A DNA stretch of 64,000 nt from Candidatus Fermentibacteraceae bacterium. Lineage in GTDB: Bacteria > Fermentibacterota > Fermentibacteria > Fermentibacterales > JCC-6. The DNA lies in assembly GCA_041750285.1 (NCBI GenBank), contig JBGSZS010000002.1, positions 64,001 to 128,000 of the forward strand. Reading direction: 5' to 3'. The position numbers and the translations under genes were made by a program. Positions 27,505 through 36,815 of the stretch are shown piece after piece. The notes under the pieces were generated by a model that did not search any database, had not been told where the DNA came from, and saw only the letters and a list, made by a program, of their open reading frames with translations. Numbering within the stretch: the stretch's first letter is position 1; the number at the start of each line of letters is the position of its first letter.

Positions 27505-28647
27505 ATGAGCAGTCTAGTCTGGGTGGAACTCGAAGCCGGCGCTCCCGATCACAACCTGCGGGAGATCCGCCGAAGCCATGGTTTCAGCGGCATACACTGC
27601 GCGGTGCTGAAGAGCAACGCATACGGTCACGGCATCAGGGAGATGCGGACGCTTGTTGACGGGGCCCACTGGCTTGCCGTGAACTCCCTCGACGAGGGCC
27701 TTGAACTGAGGGGGCTGGGGGAAACCAGACCAGTCCTCCTTCTGGGACATGTTGACCTGGCCAGGCTTTCCGAAGCGCGCGAGGCCGACCTCAGGCTGAT
27801 CGTCTACAACAGTGAAACGCTGGAGGCCATCGCCGCACTGCCTTCTTCCGGCAGAAAACTCAGGTTGCACCTTCATCTGGAAACGGGCACCTGGCGTCAG
27901 GGAGTGCTTCCTGAACACGCCTGCGGTTTCGCCGGGCGGATAATGAACACCCCCGGCGTCTTCCTCGAGGGCATCAGCACTCATTTCGCCAACATCGAGG
28001 ACACTCTGGAACACAACTACGCAAGGATGCAGCTCGATACGTTTGAAAAGGTATGCCGTGATCTTTCCTCGGCGGGCATCGACCCGCCCGTGCGCCACAC
28101 TGCCTGCACGGCGGCAGCCATCCTCTTCCGCAACACTCATTTCAGCATGCTCAGGACAGGAATTGGCGTTTACGGGCTCTGGCCCTCAAGGGAGACCAGA
28201 CTCTCCGCGGAAACCGCAGGTCTTCCCATTCCAGCCCTGAAACCCGTGATGACCTGGAAGACCAGGGTCGTTCAGGTGAAGGACGTTCCCAGGGGGTGTT
28301 ACATAGGCTACGGGGGCACTTTCCGCACAACAAGGCCAACCGTTCTGGCGGTCCTGCCCGTGGGCTACGCCGATGGCTACAGGCGCGCTGCGGGGAACGT
28401 CGGGTGGGTTCTTGTAAAGGGCATGCGGGCCCCGGTTCTGGGAAGGGTCTGCATGAACCTCATCATGGTCGACGTGACCGACATTCCCGGCGTGCGTCTC
28501 GAGGAAGAGGTCACCCTTCTCGGTTCTTCCGGTGATGAGAGCATTTCAGCGGAACTCATGGGCTCATGGTGCGGAACCATAAACTACGAGATCGTAACAG
28601 GGGTGTCGCCGCTTCTGCCCCGGCTGATAGTTGGGGGAGAGCGTTGA
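27505..28647 (+). CDS. alr: Alanine racemase
   Basis: AVLKSNAYGHG (PLP lysine), THFA, RTGIGVYG, GYGGTF, PVGYADG, GRVCM, TINYE. Confidence 0.95.
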   Translation: MSSLVWVELEAGAPDHNLREIRRSHGFSGIHCAVLKSNAYGHGIREMRTLVDGAHWLAVNSLDEGLELRGLGETRPVLLLGHVDLARLSEAREADLRLIVYNSETLEAIAALPSSGRKLRLHLHLETGTWRQGVLPEHACGFAGRIMNTPGVFLEGISTHFANIEDTLEHNYARMQLDTFEKVCRDLSSAGIDPPVRHTACTAAAILFRNTHFSMLRTGIGVYGLWPSRETRLSAETAGLPIPALKPVMTWKTRVVQVKDVPRGCYIGYGGTFRTTRPTVLAVLPVGYADGYRRAAGNVGWVLVKGMRAPVLGRVCMNLIMVDVTDIPGVRLEEEVTLLGSSGDESISAELMGSWCGTINYEIVTGVSPLLPRLIVGGER

Positions 28648-29405
28648 ACTTCAGGGTCATAGGCTGCGAAGGTTCCAGGCTCGAGGAGAGCAGGCTGGTG
28701 ACGATGCTTCTCGGGCACCGGGTGATGCTGGATGCGGGCAGCGCCTGCAGCGTGCCTCCCAGGGTGCAGGACGGACTGGAAATGGTCCTCCTGACGCACG
28801 CTCACCTCGATCATCTTCTCGAACTGGGCTTTCTGCTTGACAACGTAATCGGTTTCAGAAAGCGGCCGCTCACGGTAATGGGAAGCTCCGCGTGCATATC
28901 CATAATCAGGGAACACTACATGAACGACCGCCTCTGGCCCGACTTCAGCCGCATATCCTCAGGGGGCGTTCCCGTTCTCAGATATCTGGAAATGCCCGAT
29001 CTTTCGTGGTTCGAGCTTCCGGGGGGAATAATGGCCATGTCGGTGCCAGTGAATCATCCCGCCGGAGCCCGGGGCTTCATTTTCCGTGCGGGGAACTCGG
29101 CCATGGTCTACAGCGGTGATACCGGACCAACCGAAGAGCTGTGGCGAAGGGCCCGGGAAATTCCCGAGCTCGCCATGGCATGGGTGGAGTGTTCGTTTCC
29201 TGACCGGCTGCGTGACCTTGCGATAGCCAGTGACCACCTCTGTCCCAGCCTCGCCCGCGACCAGATGACGCTGCTCGGTAGACCCGATATTCCCCATTAC
29301 GCCTTTCACCTGAAGAAACGGCTTCGGGAAGAGACACTCTCCGAGCTGGGAACCGATTTCGTCGTGCCCTCCAACGGAGACAGCTTCCTTCTGGGTGGTC
29401 CGTGA
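28644..29405 (+). CDS. Metallo-beta-lactamase-fold protein, class II cyclic-nucleotide phosphodiesterase-like
   Basis: LDAGS, THAHLDH, NDRLWPDF, VNH, YSGDTGPT, ECSFP; TTG overlaps the alr stop. Confidence 0.85.
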   Translation: MNFRVIGCEGSRLEESRLVTMLLGHRVMLDAGSACSVPPRVQDGLEMVLLTHAHLDHLLELGFLLDNVIGFRKRPLTVMGSSACISIIREHYMNDRLWPDFSRISSGGVPVLRYLEMPDLSWFELPGGIMAMSVPVNHPAGARGFIFRAGNSAMVYSGDTGPTEELWRRAREIPELAMAWVECSFPDRLRDLAIASDHLCPSLARDQMTLLGRPDIPHYAFHLKKRLREETLSELGTDFVVPSNGDSFLLGGP

Positions 29406-30505
29406 ACTTCGGCGCCCTGGCGGGCAGGCGGGTCTGCCTGCTCTCCCATTGCGCGGCCGTGGGAGCCGACCTTCACACCACCGCAAGGGCCTTGCACCGG
29501 GAAGGCCTGTTGCATGCGGTTCTCGGCCCCCAGCACGGGTACTGGGCCGAAACCCAGGACAACATGGTGGAGTGGGAGGGTTTTCTGCACCCTGGGCTCG
29601 GGGTTCCCCTGCACAGCCTGTACGGCGCCACGAGGGTTCCCACCGATGCCATGCTGGAGGGCTCCGATGCCCTACTTGCAGACATCATCGACGTGGGCAG
29701 CCGCTACTACACCTACATCTACTCCATGGCGTCCACGATGCGGAAATGCAGCGAAAAGGGTATCCCCGTTTTTGTGGTGAACAGACCCAATCCCCTCGGG
29801 AACGTCCTGGTCGAGGGGCCCATCCTCGACCCTGCCTATGAAAGCTTTGTGGGAATGTACCCCATCCCGGTCAGGCACGGGCTTTCGGTCGGGGAACTGG
29901 CCCTCCTGTTCGCCCGGCTCGACGGGCTTCCCGAACCGCATCTGATACAACCCGACGACAGCCCCTGGGTCATGCCAAGCCCCAACATGCCGACACCCGG
30001 CACTGCGCTGGTTTACCCGGGCATGTGTCTGCTCGAGGCCACCAACCTGTCCGAGGGCAGGGGAACCACCAGACCGTTCGAGATATTCGGAGCCCCATGG
30101 ATCGACCCGTGGCATCTCGCGGAGGCTCTGGAGGGAACCCCTTTCCTCAGGGGGGCCAGGCTTCGCCCGCTCTATTTCATTCCCACCTTTCAGAAGCATG
30201 CCGGAGTGAAGTGCGGTGGCGCACAGATCCATGTAACCGACCCCGACTCGTTCAGACCCTTTCTCACCGGTCTTGGAATCCTCGAATACTGCTTCAGGTC
30301 GGGAGAGACCCGCTGGAACCCGCCTCCCTACGAGTACGAGTACCAAAAGATGCCCATCGACATCCTCGCGGGCTCCCCCGGTGTTCGGGAAGCAGTTGAC
30401 AGCCACGACGCCGGGGCTTTGCAGGAGTTGTCGGTCACCCCCCTCTCCAGTTATCGCCGCACCCTCTCAGGGGTGATCGGGGACCCCTTCAGGTTCAGGA
30501 ACTGA
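29402..30505 (+). CDS. namZ: DUF1343 / NamZ family exo-beta-N-acetylmuramidase
   Basis: GPQHG, SLYG, DVGSRYYTY, RPNP, PVRHG, WVMPSPNMPT, YPG, SEGRGTTRPFE. Confidence 0.9.
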   Translation: MNFGALAGRRVCLLSHCAAVGADLHTTARALHREGLLHAVLGPQHGYWAETQDNMVEWEGFLHPGLGVPLHSLYGATRVPTDAMLEGSDALLADIIDVGSRYYTYIYSMASTMRKCSEKGIPVFVVNRPNPLGNVLVEGPILDPAYESFVGMYPIPVRHGLSVGELALLFARLDGLPEPHLIQPDDSPWVMPSPNMPTPGTALVYPGMCLLEATNLSEGRGTTRPFEIFGAPWIDPWHLAEALEGTPFLRGARLRPLYFIPTFQKHAGVKCGGAQIHVTDPDSFRPFLTGLGILEYCFRSGETRWNPPPYEYEYQKMPIDILAGSPGVREAVDSHDAGALQELSVTPLSSYRRTLSGVIGDPFRFRN

Positions 30506-30566
30506 GTTTTCGGTCCGGCAGTCCCTTATATTCCCGCTTCACAACCTGCCGGAACGGAAAAAACCT

Positions 30567-31352
30567 GTGCGCATAGCGGTGATAAGCGACATTCACGGCA
30601 ACATTCCCGCGCTGGAAGCTGCGTGGCGGTCCGTTGCGACGTTTTCCCCCGACATGACGGTCTGCCTGGGAGACCTGGTCCAGTTCGGGCCTTCGCCGGA
30701 CCAGGCGGTTTCGTTCATACGAACCCACGGGATCGAAACGGTCCAGGGCAACTGCGACAGGGCCGCCGGCCGTGGACGGACCGACAGCGGTGACGAGTTC
30801 GAAAACCCGCACTGGCGAAAGCTTGCCGCTGAAACGCTTCGCTGGACCCGTGAGAATCTCTCCCCCGAATCGATCGCTTTCCTCAGGGGTCTTCCCGACG
30901 GAAAACGCTTTCTCCTCGACAGACAGAGCACCCTTTTCGTTCACGGTCAGCCAGGCAGGCTGAACGAGGGCCTCCCCGCTGAAACCGCCCACGAGGTCCA
31001 CGACATGGTGCTCAGCCGCAACGACTGCAGGATTCTGGTCTGCGGACACACCCATGAGCCCATGGTGGTGAGAAGGCCGGGAGGGATCATCGTGAACCCC
31101 GGCGGTGTGGGGGTTGGAACCCGCCCCGGCGGCGGAACTCTGGCCGTCATCGACATTGGGAACGGGATCGAACCCGTGGTCGAGATCGTGGGTTTCGACT
31201 ACGACATCAGAGCGCTCGAGCTGGATTTCAGGGATTCAGGAATTCCCGAGACTTTCTATCACTGCGCAAGGCTCGGGAGGGATCCAAGGGGGCCTTGGCA
31301 CACCGAAGACCCCCGCCTGAGGCAGGAGTGGGCAAGGTTAGTCCCGCTTTGA
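30567..31352 (+). CDS. Calcineurin-like metallophosphoesterase
   Basis: SDIHGN, LGD, GNCD, HG, GHTH and NPG motifs. Confidence 0.92.
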   Translation: MRIAVISDIHGNIPALEAAWRSVATFSPDMTVCLGDLVQFGPSPDQAVSFIRTHGIETVQGNCDRAAGRGRTDSGDEFENPHWRKLAAETLRWTRENLSPESIAFLRGLPDGKRFLLDRQSTLFVHGQPGRLNEGLPAETAHEVHDMVLSRNDCRILVCGHTHEPMVVRRPGGIIVNPGGVGVGTRPGGGTLAVIDIGNGIEPVVEIVGFDYDIRALELDFRDSGIPETFYHCARLGRDPRGPWHTEDPRLRQEWARLVPL

Positions 31353-32769
31353 CGCCTTTCGCCTGCGGTTCATCTTCCTGATCCGGGAATCCCCGGGGCG
31401 GCCAGATCTCGTCGGAGATGATGACTCCCTTCCAGGTCCTGTAATACATAATCTCCTCAATGACTTCCATTCGCGGCATCGAGAAAACCCCGTGGTTCGC
31501 CGCTATCCACGAAAGGGAGTGGAGCAGGCCGGTGAAGGCCAGGAAAAGCACGGCGAGGGTCATGGCGCCGGAACGGCGCAGCAGGAGCAGGTTTCTCCAT
31601 GCCAGCACCGAGGGCGGTATCGCAGCCACGGCAATCAGATTCCAGTCGAAATAGGGTCCGAGCCCCAGCCGCCATCCGTATGCCATCGCAAGGAAGCCCG
31701 CCGAAGCGGCTCCCAGAAACCGGTTGAAACCGTCGTTCTTCATGTTCCCGGTCAGGATGAGAACGATCGGCACCCACCAGAAGGGGAACAGGAGGAACAG
31801 AACACTCGTGACCGCGTTGTAGTAGGTGATCGATGGTCGCGCAAGCATGTCGATGGTTGTCCGGTCCACTCCCGAGCCCATGAAATGGCTGTTCTGGAGG
31901 TTACGGAAGTCAAGCCCGCTGTATGCGGCGATAATGAAGACCAGAAAAAGTACCGTGAGCATCACGGCAACCGATGCCGCGACATGAGCCCGGGCTTTCA
32001 TCCTCCACGCCCTGATCCACAGGAGAAGGTGCGCCGGCATCATGCACAGGGCCAACAGGTGCATGGACATCGCAAGCGCCAGCACAAGGCTTGGCGTGAC
32101 GACACTGAGCCGGTCGTCGAGGTATTCCCGGGAAACCAAGATGTATGCCATGCAGAGGGTCATCACTCCTGCGTAGTTCTCGACGTCCCCGAAGAATGCC
32201 TGCATGAACCCCCCCGAGACCATCAGCAGAACGAAGAAGGGCCACCTTCGGCCGAGTTCGCGGCATGCGAACAGGACGGTTGCCAGCACGAAGATGAACC
32301 CCATTCCCGACGAATAAGCCGAATACACATCAAACGGATTGAAGCGAACGGGATCGCCGAAGGTCTGCCAGATCGACCGGATGACCGAGCAGGAAAGCAT
32401 TTCGTCGAAAGTTGCCCTGAATCCGCCGCACAGAAGGTTGAACGTGTGCACCAGGCCGTCATCGTTGACGAATCCGTTCGAAAGGGCAAGGAAGACGAAG
32501 AGGGCAGGGACTGCGACTGCGATGGAGTACAGGGCGGCCCTTTTGAAGGGGACGGGATCGTTGTCCGGCAGCTGACGCCCCGTTTTTTTCACGAGGAGGA
32601 ACACACCGGCAAAGACGACGAAGATGCCCAGCAAAGTCACCGGCGCCGTGTGCCTGAGCTGATTGAAACCGTAGCGCGGTGATTCCGAAAGGTACGCTGA
32701 GTAGAGGTAGAACGAAAGCTGCAGGGCAGTGAGAACAATGATCGGGATGGCGGGGTTCTTCTTTTTCAT
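31228..32769 (-). CDS. Polytopic membrane protein, possibly GT-C-like (lipid-carrier) transferase
   Basis: About 12 hydrophobic segments; acidic NDDG loop after the early helices, FFGDVENYA, SMHL and DWNL motifs; divergent from the Mo/radical SAM operon; 3' end overlaps the convergent gene. Confidence 0.7.
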   Translation of the reverse strand: MKKKNPAIPIIVLTALQLSFYLYSAYLSESPRYGFNQLRHTAPVTLLGIFVVFAGVFLLVKKTGRQLPDNDPVPFKRAALYSIAVAVPALFVFLALSNGFVNDDGLVHTFNLLCGGFRATFDEMLSCSVIRSIWQTFGDPVRFNPFDVYSAYSSGMGFIFVLATVLFACRELGRRWPFFVLLMVSGGFMQAFFGDVENYAGVMTLCMAYILVSREYLDDRLSVVTPSLVLALAMSMHLLALCMMPAHLLLWIRAWRMKARAHVAASVAVMLTVLFLVFIIAAYSGLDFRNLQNSHFMGSGVDRTTIDMLARPSITYYNAVTSVLFLLFPFWWVPIVLILTGNMKNDGFNRFLGAASAGFLAMAYGWRLGLGPYFDWNLIAVAAIPPSVLAWRNLLLLRRSGAMTLAVLFLAFTGLLHSLSWIAANHGVFSMPRMEVIEEIMYYRTWKGVIISDEIWPPRGFPDQEDEPQAKGVKAGLTLPTPASGGGLRCAKAPLDPSRALRSDRKSREFLNP

Positions 32770-32863
32770 GGAGCTATACTATCTGTTCATCAGACCACGA
32801 AGCAATGTTACGGCAAACGTCTCTGAAGTCGATTGATCGCCCGACGAGCGGAAGGGTCCAGGG

Positions 32864-35014
32864 TTGAGGGAAGTAGAGACCGTCTGCAGCACGCCTCCCG
32901 GGTGTCATTGCGGCTGCGGTGTGTGCCTCGGCGTTTGCGGCGGCAGGGTCACGGGTGTCAGGGGAAACCCCTCGAATCCGTACAACCGGGGTTACATGTG
33001 CCGAAGGGGGCTTGCGGTCACCGGCACGCTCTACAATCCCGACCGTGTGCTTCATCCCATGGTCCGCAGCAGGGCGGGGGCATGGCGAAAAGCCTCCTGG
33101 AAGGAAGCCCTCGGTCGTGCAGCCGATTCCTTTCTCAGTGCCCGTGAGAAACTCGGACCGCGTTCCGTTCTCTTCATGAAAGGGACGGGCCGGGACATCG
33201 GCCCCTGGCTTTCACGTCTCGCATACGGTTTCGGAACCCCCGAGTATTACGCCCTGGGGCCGGGTTCGGGTTCCGCCTGCCTGATGCCGCGGATGAGCGT
33301 GTGCGCTTCGGTTTTCGGGGGCTGGTTCACGGCCGACTGCTCCCAGTACTTCCCCGACAGGTACGACAATCCATCCTGGAGGCTTCCCGAGTGCATCCTG
33401 GTCTGGGGCTCGAACCCCATTGTTTCGAACCCCGACGGTTTTCTGGGGAAGTGGATAATGGACTGCATCAGGATGGGGTCCAAACTGGTGGTGGTGGACC
33501 CCAGGAACACATGGCTTGCCGGAAGGGCCGATGTTCACCTGAGGTTAAGGCCGGGCACCGACGGAGCTCTTGCCATGGCTTTTGTCAACAGGATGCATGC
33601 CACCGGGAACTGGGACCACGATTTCGCCGGCAAATGGGTAAGCGGCTCGGAGGAGACCTTTCTGGCCTGCTCGTCATGGAGCCCCGAATCCGCTTCACGC
33701 GAGTGCGGAATCCCCTCCGAAAGCATAATCAGGGGGGCCGACCTCTGGCTCAACGCCTCGCCGGGCGCTCTTCAATGGGGCGTGTCGGTTGACATGAGCG
33801 CTTCGGCTCTGGGTACGGCCCACGCGCTGACCTCACTCGTGGCACTTTCGGGGAACCTGGATGTGCCTGGAGGGTGCGTTGTTGTTTCGGACCCATTTGG
33901 CATTCCCAGGAGGGGAGGCCTTGAAGCTCCCCCCGGGAAGACGGGCGCATCGCTGTACCCCATGACAACAATGGGCTACCCCTACGCAAGTTCCGATGTC
34001 CTTCTCGACGAAATGGAGGCGGGAAGGCATGTCGCCTGCGCCTGGGTGCAGGGCTCGGGGACCGTGGTGAACGGCTTCGCTGCTCCGGACAGGGCTGCCC
34101 GGCTCCTGTCGCGAATCGACGAGGTGGTTGTGTGCGACCTTTACATGACGACGACGGCCGAGCAGTTTGGAACGGTGTTCCTGCCTGTGGCGTGCTATCC
34201 TGAACGCAACGGCATCCGAAACTGGTGGTACCAGCTTGCTGCCGTGAACAAGGCGGTCGAGCCGTTGGGTGAAGCCCGAAGCGACATGGAGATCATCCTG
34301 GATTTCGGCCGCAGGGTCGCACCCGGGCATTTTCCCTGGACAGACGTGGAGGGCTGGTTCGACCACGTCCTCGAGCCGTCGGGGATGAGCTGGAAAGAGC
34401 TGTCGGAAAGGGGATGGGTGATGCCCGGGATCATGTACGGGAAGCATGAATCGGGTCTCTCCAGATCCGACGGGGAACCGGGGTTCCCGACCCCTTCGGG
34501 GAAGGTCGAGCTTCAGCCGATGATAATGGAGAGGGCCGGTCTGCTTCCGGCCCCCTGGTACGTGCCTCCCCCGGCTCTCTCCGCAGCTTGCCCGCTCACG
34601 CTCACAACGGGGGCCAGGTCCCTGTTCTTCTTCCATTCCGAGCACAGGAACGTGCAGTGCCTTCTGGAGGGGAACCCGCTTCCACTTGTGGAGGTCAACC
34701 CAGTTGACGCCAGAGCCTGCGGCGTTCGCGAAGGGGAGTGGGTGACCCTGTCCTCACCCTGGGGAAGCTGCGGAAGGGTGGTCCGCATGACCGAAACGGT
34801 TCCGCCCGGCACCGTTATGGCCCAGCACGGATGGTGGCCCCCGGGGCTCCCCGAAGAGACGGGCCGGCTCCTGAACATCAACAACCTTCTGCCCGGGGGG
34901 ATGCAGGGCAGGGGCGGGCTTGGTTACCCCTTCAGGTGCATTCCGTGCGGAATTGCGCCCGGACCGGCGCTTCTTCCCGTTCCAGAACCCGTCGAAAAGA
35001 ACAGGGGAGACTGA
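32864..35014 (+). CDS. Molybdopterin (bis-MGD) oxidoreductase, acetylene-hydratase / catechol-dehydroxylase-like branch; no Tat signal
   Basis: STPPGCHCGC...NPYNRGYMCRRG Fe-S region; GTGR; ACLMPR putative Cys ligand; DRYDNP, WGSNP..SNPDG, VDPRNTWLA; TPSGKVEL; TTGAR..FFHSEHR; AQHGWW. Confidence 0.9.
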   Translation: MREVETVCSTPPGCHCGCGVCLGVCGGRVTGVRGNPSNPYNRGYMCRRGLAVTGTLYNPDRVLHPMVRSRAGAWRKASWKEALGRAADSFLSAREKLGPRSVLFMKGTGRDIGPWLSRLAYGFGTPEYYALGPGSGSACLMPRMSVCASVFGGWFTADCSQYFPDRYDNPSWRLPECILVWGSNPIVSNPDGFLGKWIMDCIRMGSKLVVVDPRNTWLAGRADVHLRLRPGTDGALAMAFVNRMHATGNWDHDFAGKWVSGSEETFLACSSWSPESASRECGIPSESIIRGADLWLNASPGALQWGVSVDMSASALGTAHALTSLVALSGNLDVPGGCVVVSDPFGIPRRGGLEAPPGKTGASLYPMTTMGYPYASSDVLLDEMEAGRHVACAWVQGSGTVVNGFAAPDRAARLLSRIDEVVVCDLYMTTTAEQFGTVFLPVACYPERNGIRNWWYQLAAVNKAVEPLGEARSDMEIILDFGRRVAPGHFPWTDVEGWFDHVLEPSGMSWKELSERGWVMPGIMYGKHESGLSRSDGEPGFPTPSGKVELQPMIMERAGLLPAPWYVPPPALSAACPLTLTTGARSLFFFHSEHRNVQCLLEGNPLPLVEVNPVDARACGVREGEWVTLSSPWGSCGRVVRMTETVPPGTVMAQHGWWPPGLPEETGRLLNINNLLPGGMQGRGGLGYPFRCIPCGIAPGPALLPVPEPVEKNRGD

Positions 35015-35016
35015 AC

Positions 35017-35784
35017 ATGCAAGGGGATGGTGCTGTCCGTTCAATGGCGTCCGTACCGCAAAGGCTTGGATTTCGGACTGCGGGGTTGCGCGGAGTTCCG
35101 CTGGACCGGGCGCTGGGTATCATTGCCGAGGCAGAGTACGCCCTGGTCGAGTTCTGCATGGAGCATCGGGATGCGTCGTCCTACAATGGCAGCCTGGCGG
35201 GGCTTGGTGTGTCATCGGTGAGTTATCACGGGAAGAAAGACTCTCCCGATGTTCGTAAAAGAATGATCCGTTCGGCTGTCGGGAAGGCGTGTGATCTCGG
35301 AGCCGGGGTTCTGGTCCTCGGCTCTCCCCTGAGTTCCCTGTGCAGCCGCGAGGCCTTTTACGAGGAGTGCTCCAGCGTGATGAACCTTCTTCCAGAGGGA
35401 GTCAGACCGGCATGGGAACCCGAGCCCGGAACCGTTCTAAAGGATCTTTCGGCCTTCGGGGAACTGGCGGATCACCTGGGTTCGGAAGCCGGGCTCAACC
35501 TCGATTTCGGTCACGCCTTCCTCGACGGACTGAGCCCTTCCGGGGCGGTGCTTCAACATGGTTCAAAAATCCTTCATACGCATATTGAGGACGTTGCGCG
35601 CGGGGTCCACGAACACCTCATACCCGGTCGGGGTGAGTTTCCATGGGAGTCTTTACTGTTGGCTCTTGATCATGCAAATTATGTGGGTCCTCTTATTGTT
35701 GATCTGTTCAAGATTCCAGACAATCCTGTTCCGTACGTCAAGGCTTCGTACCTCGGGGTTCTGGGCGCATTGGGGGATGCATGA
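35017..35784 (+). CDS. Sugar-phosphate isomerase/epimerase (xylose-isomerase-like TIM barrel)
   Basis: EPEPG, NLDFGH, HTHIED, HEHLIPGRG metal-binding motifs. Confidence 0.88.
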   Translation: MQGDGAVRSMASVPQRLGFRTAGLRGVPLDRALGIIAEAEYALVEFCMEHRDASSYNGSLAGLGVSSVSYHGKKDSPDVRKRMIRSAVGKACDLGAGVLVLGSPLSSLCSREAFYEECSSVMNLLPEGVRPAWEPEPGTVLKDLSAFGELADHLGSEAGLNLDFGHAFLDGLSPSGAVLQHGSKILHTHIEDVARGVHEHLIPGRGEFPWESLLLALDHANYVGPLIVDLFKIPDNPVPYVKASYLGVLGALGDA

Positions 35785-36815
35785 CTGCAAAGGGTTACTC
35801 CATCGGGGTCGGTCTCACCTCCGCCTGTCCTTTCTCGTGCAGTCACTGCTATTCGGGGGCAGGCCGTAATCCTGTTGATCTTGATCCCTCAAGGCTGTTC
35901 CGCTTCATGGACGGCTTTCCTGTTTCGGCAATAAACCTCGGAACGGGTGAATCGTGCATGCACCCGCAGTTTCTGCCCGTTGTGAACGAGATACTCGATC
36001 GCGGCGTCCCCCTGGCGCTGACAACGGCCGGTCCCAGCCTTTCTGCGCTGCCTGACGAAACACTGGCCAGGCTGCATGACGTCGACCTTTCACTCGATTA
36101 TCCGCTTGCAGGGCTTCATGACGCGGTGAGGGCTCCGGGGGCTTTCGGCATGGTTCTCGATGGTATCGAGCGATGCAGGGAACTCGGTGTGACGGTCTCA
36201 CTTGCCATGTGTCTCATGAAGGGCAATGCGGAACACATGGAGGGCATGTGCCGGTTTGCCCGCAGACTTGGCATTTCCATCCGTGTCAACGTTTACAAGC
36301 CCGTTTTCGGTAACGGCCCGAAGCCTTCCTTCCATTCGTTCTGGAACTCTGTCTCGACGCTCTTCAGGGAGACGAAGGTCGTTTCCTGCTCCGAGCCCGT
36401 GGTAAGCGCCGCACTTGCCTGCCACGGCAATCCCTGCGCAACGGAAGGATCACCCTGCGGGGTTCACGGTTTCAGGATCTCCCCGGGTGGTGAGGTCCTG
36501 CCGTGCGTGTACTGGGGGTCAACGGGGATCAGCATGGAGCGGGTCATCGACGAGCCTGGGCTTCTGGAAGCGTGCGGAATGATGTGTCATGGTGCTGCGC
36601 TTCCCGCCGAGTGTTCGGAATGCCCCTGGAAGGGCGTCTGTGCGGGCGGGTGCGCCGGGCGAAGGTATTACACCGGGCTTGACCGCCCTGACGAGTACTG
36701 CTTTCACCTGAGGGGCGTTCGTCCCCCGGAACTTGAACCAGCTTCGGGAACCGGCGAAGGCTTCATCCACGCCGGGTACCTGTGCACCATGATCGGCTGT
36801 CCAATTGAAAGCTGA
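35781..36815 (+). CDS. Radical SAM/SPASM protein 1
   Basis: CPFSCSHC; GTGE in place of GGE; SPASM C-x15-C (CGVHG...VLPC), CSECPWKGVCAGGC, DEYC; C-terminal HAGYLCT. Confidence 0.92.
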   Translation: MTAKGYSIGVGLTSACPFSCSHCYSGAGRNPVDLDPSRLFRFMDGFPVSAINLGTGESCMHPQFLPVVNEILDRGVPLALTTAGPSLSALPDETLARLHDVDLSLDYPLAGLHDAVRAPGAFGMVLDGIERCRELGVTVSLAMCLMKGNAEHMEGMCRFARRLGISIRVNVYKPVFGNGPKPSFHSFWNSVSTLFRETKVVSCSEPVVSAALACHGNPCATEGSPCGVHGFRISPGGEVLPCVYWGSTGISMERVIDEPGLLEACGMMCHGAALPAECSECPWKGVCAGGCAGRRYYTGLDRPDEYCFHLRGVRPPELEPASGTGEGFIHAGYLCTMIGCPIES

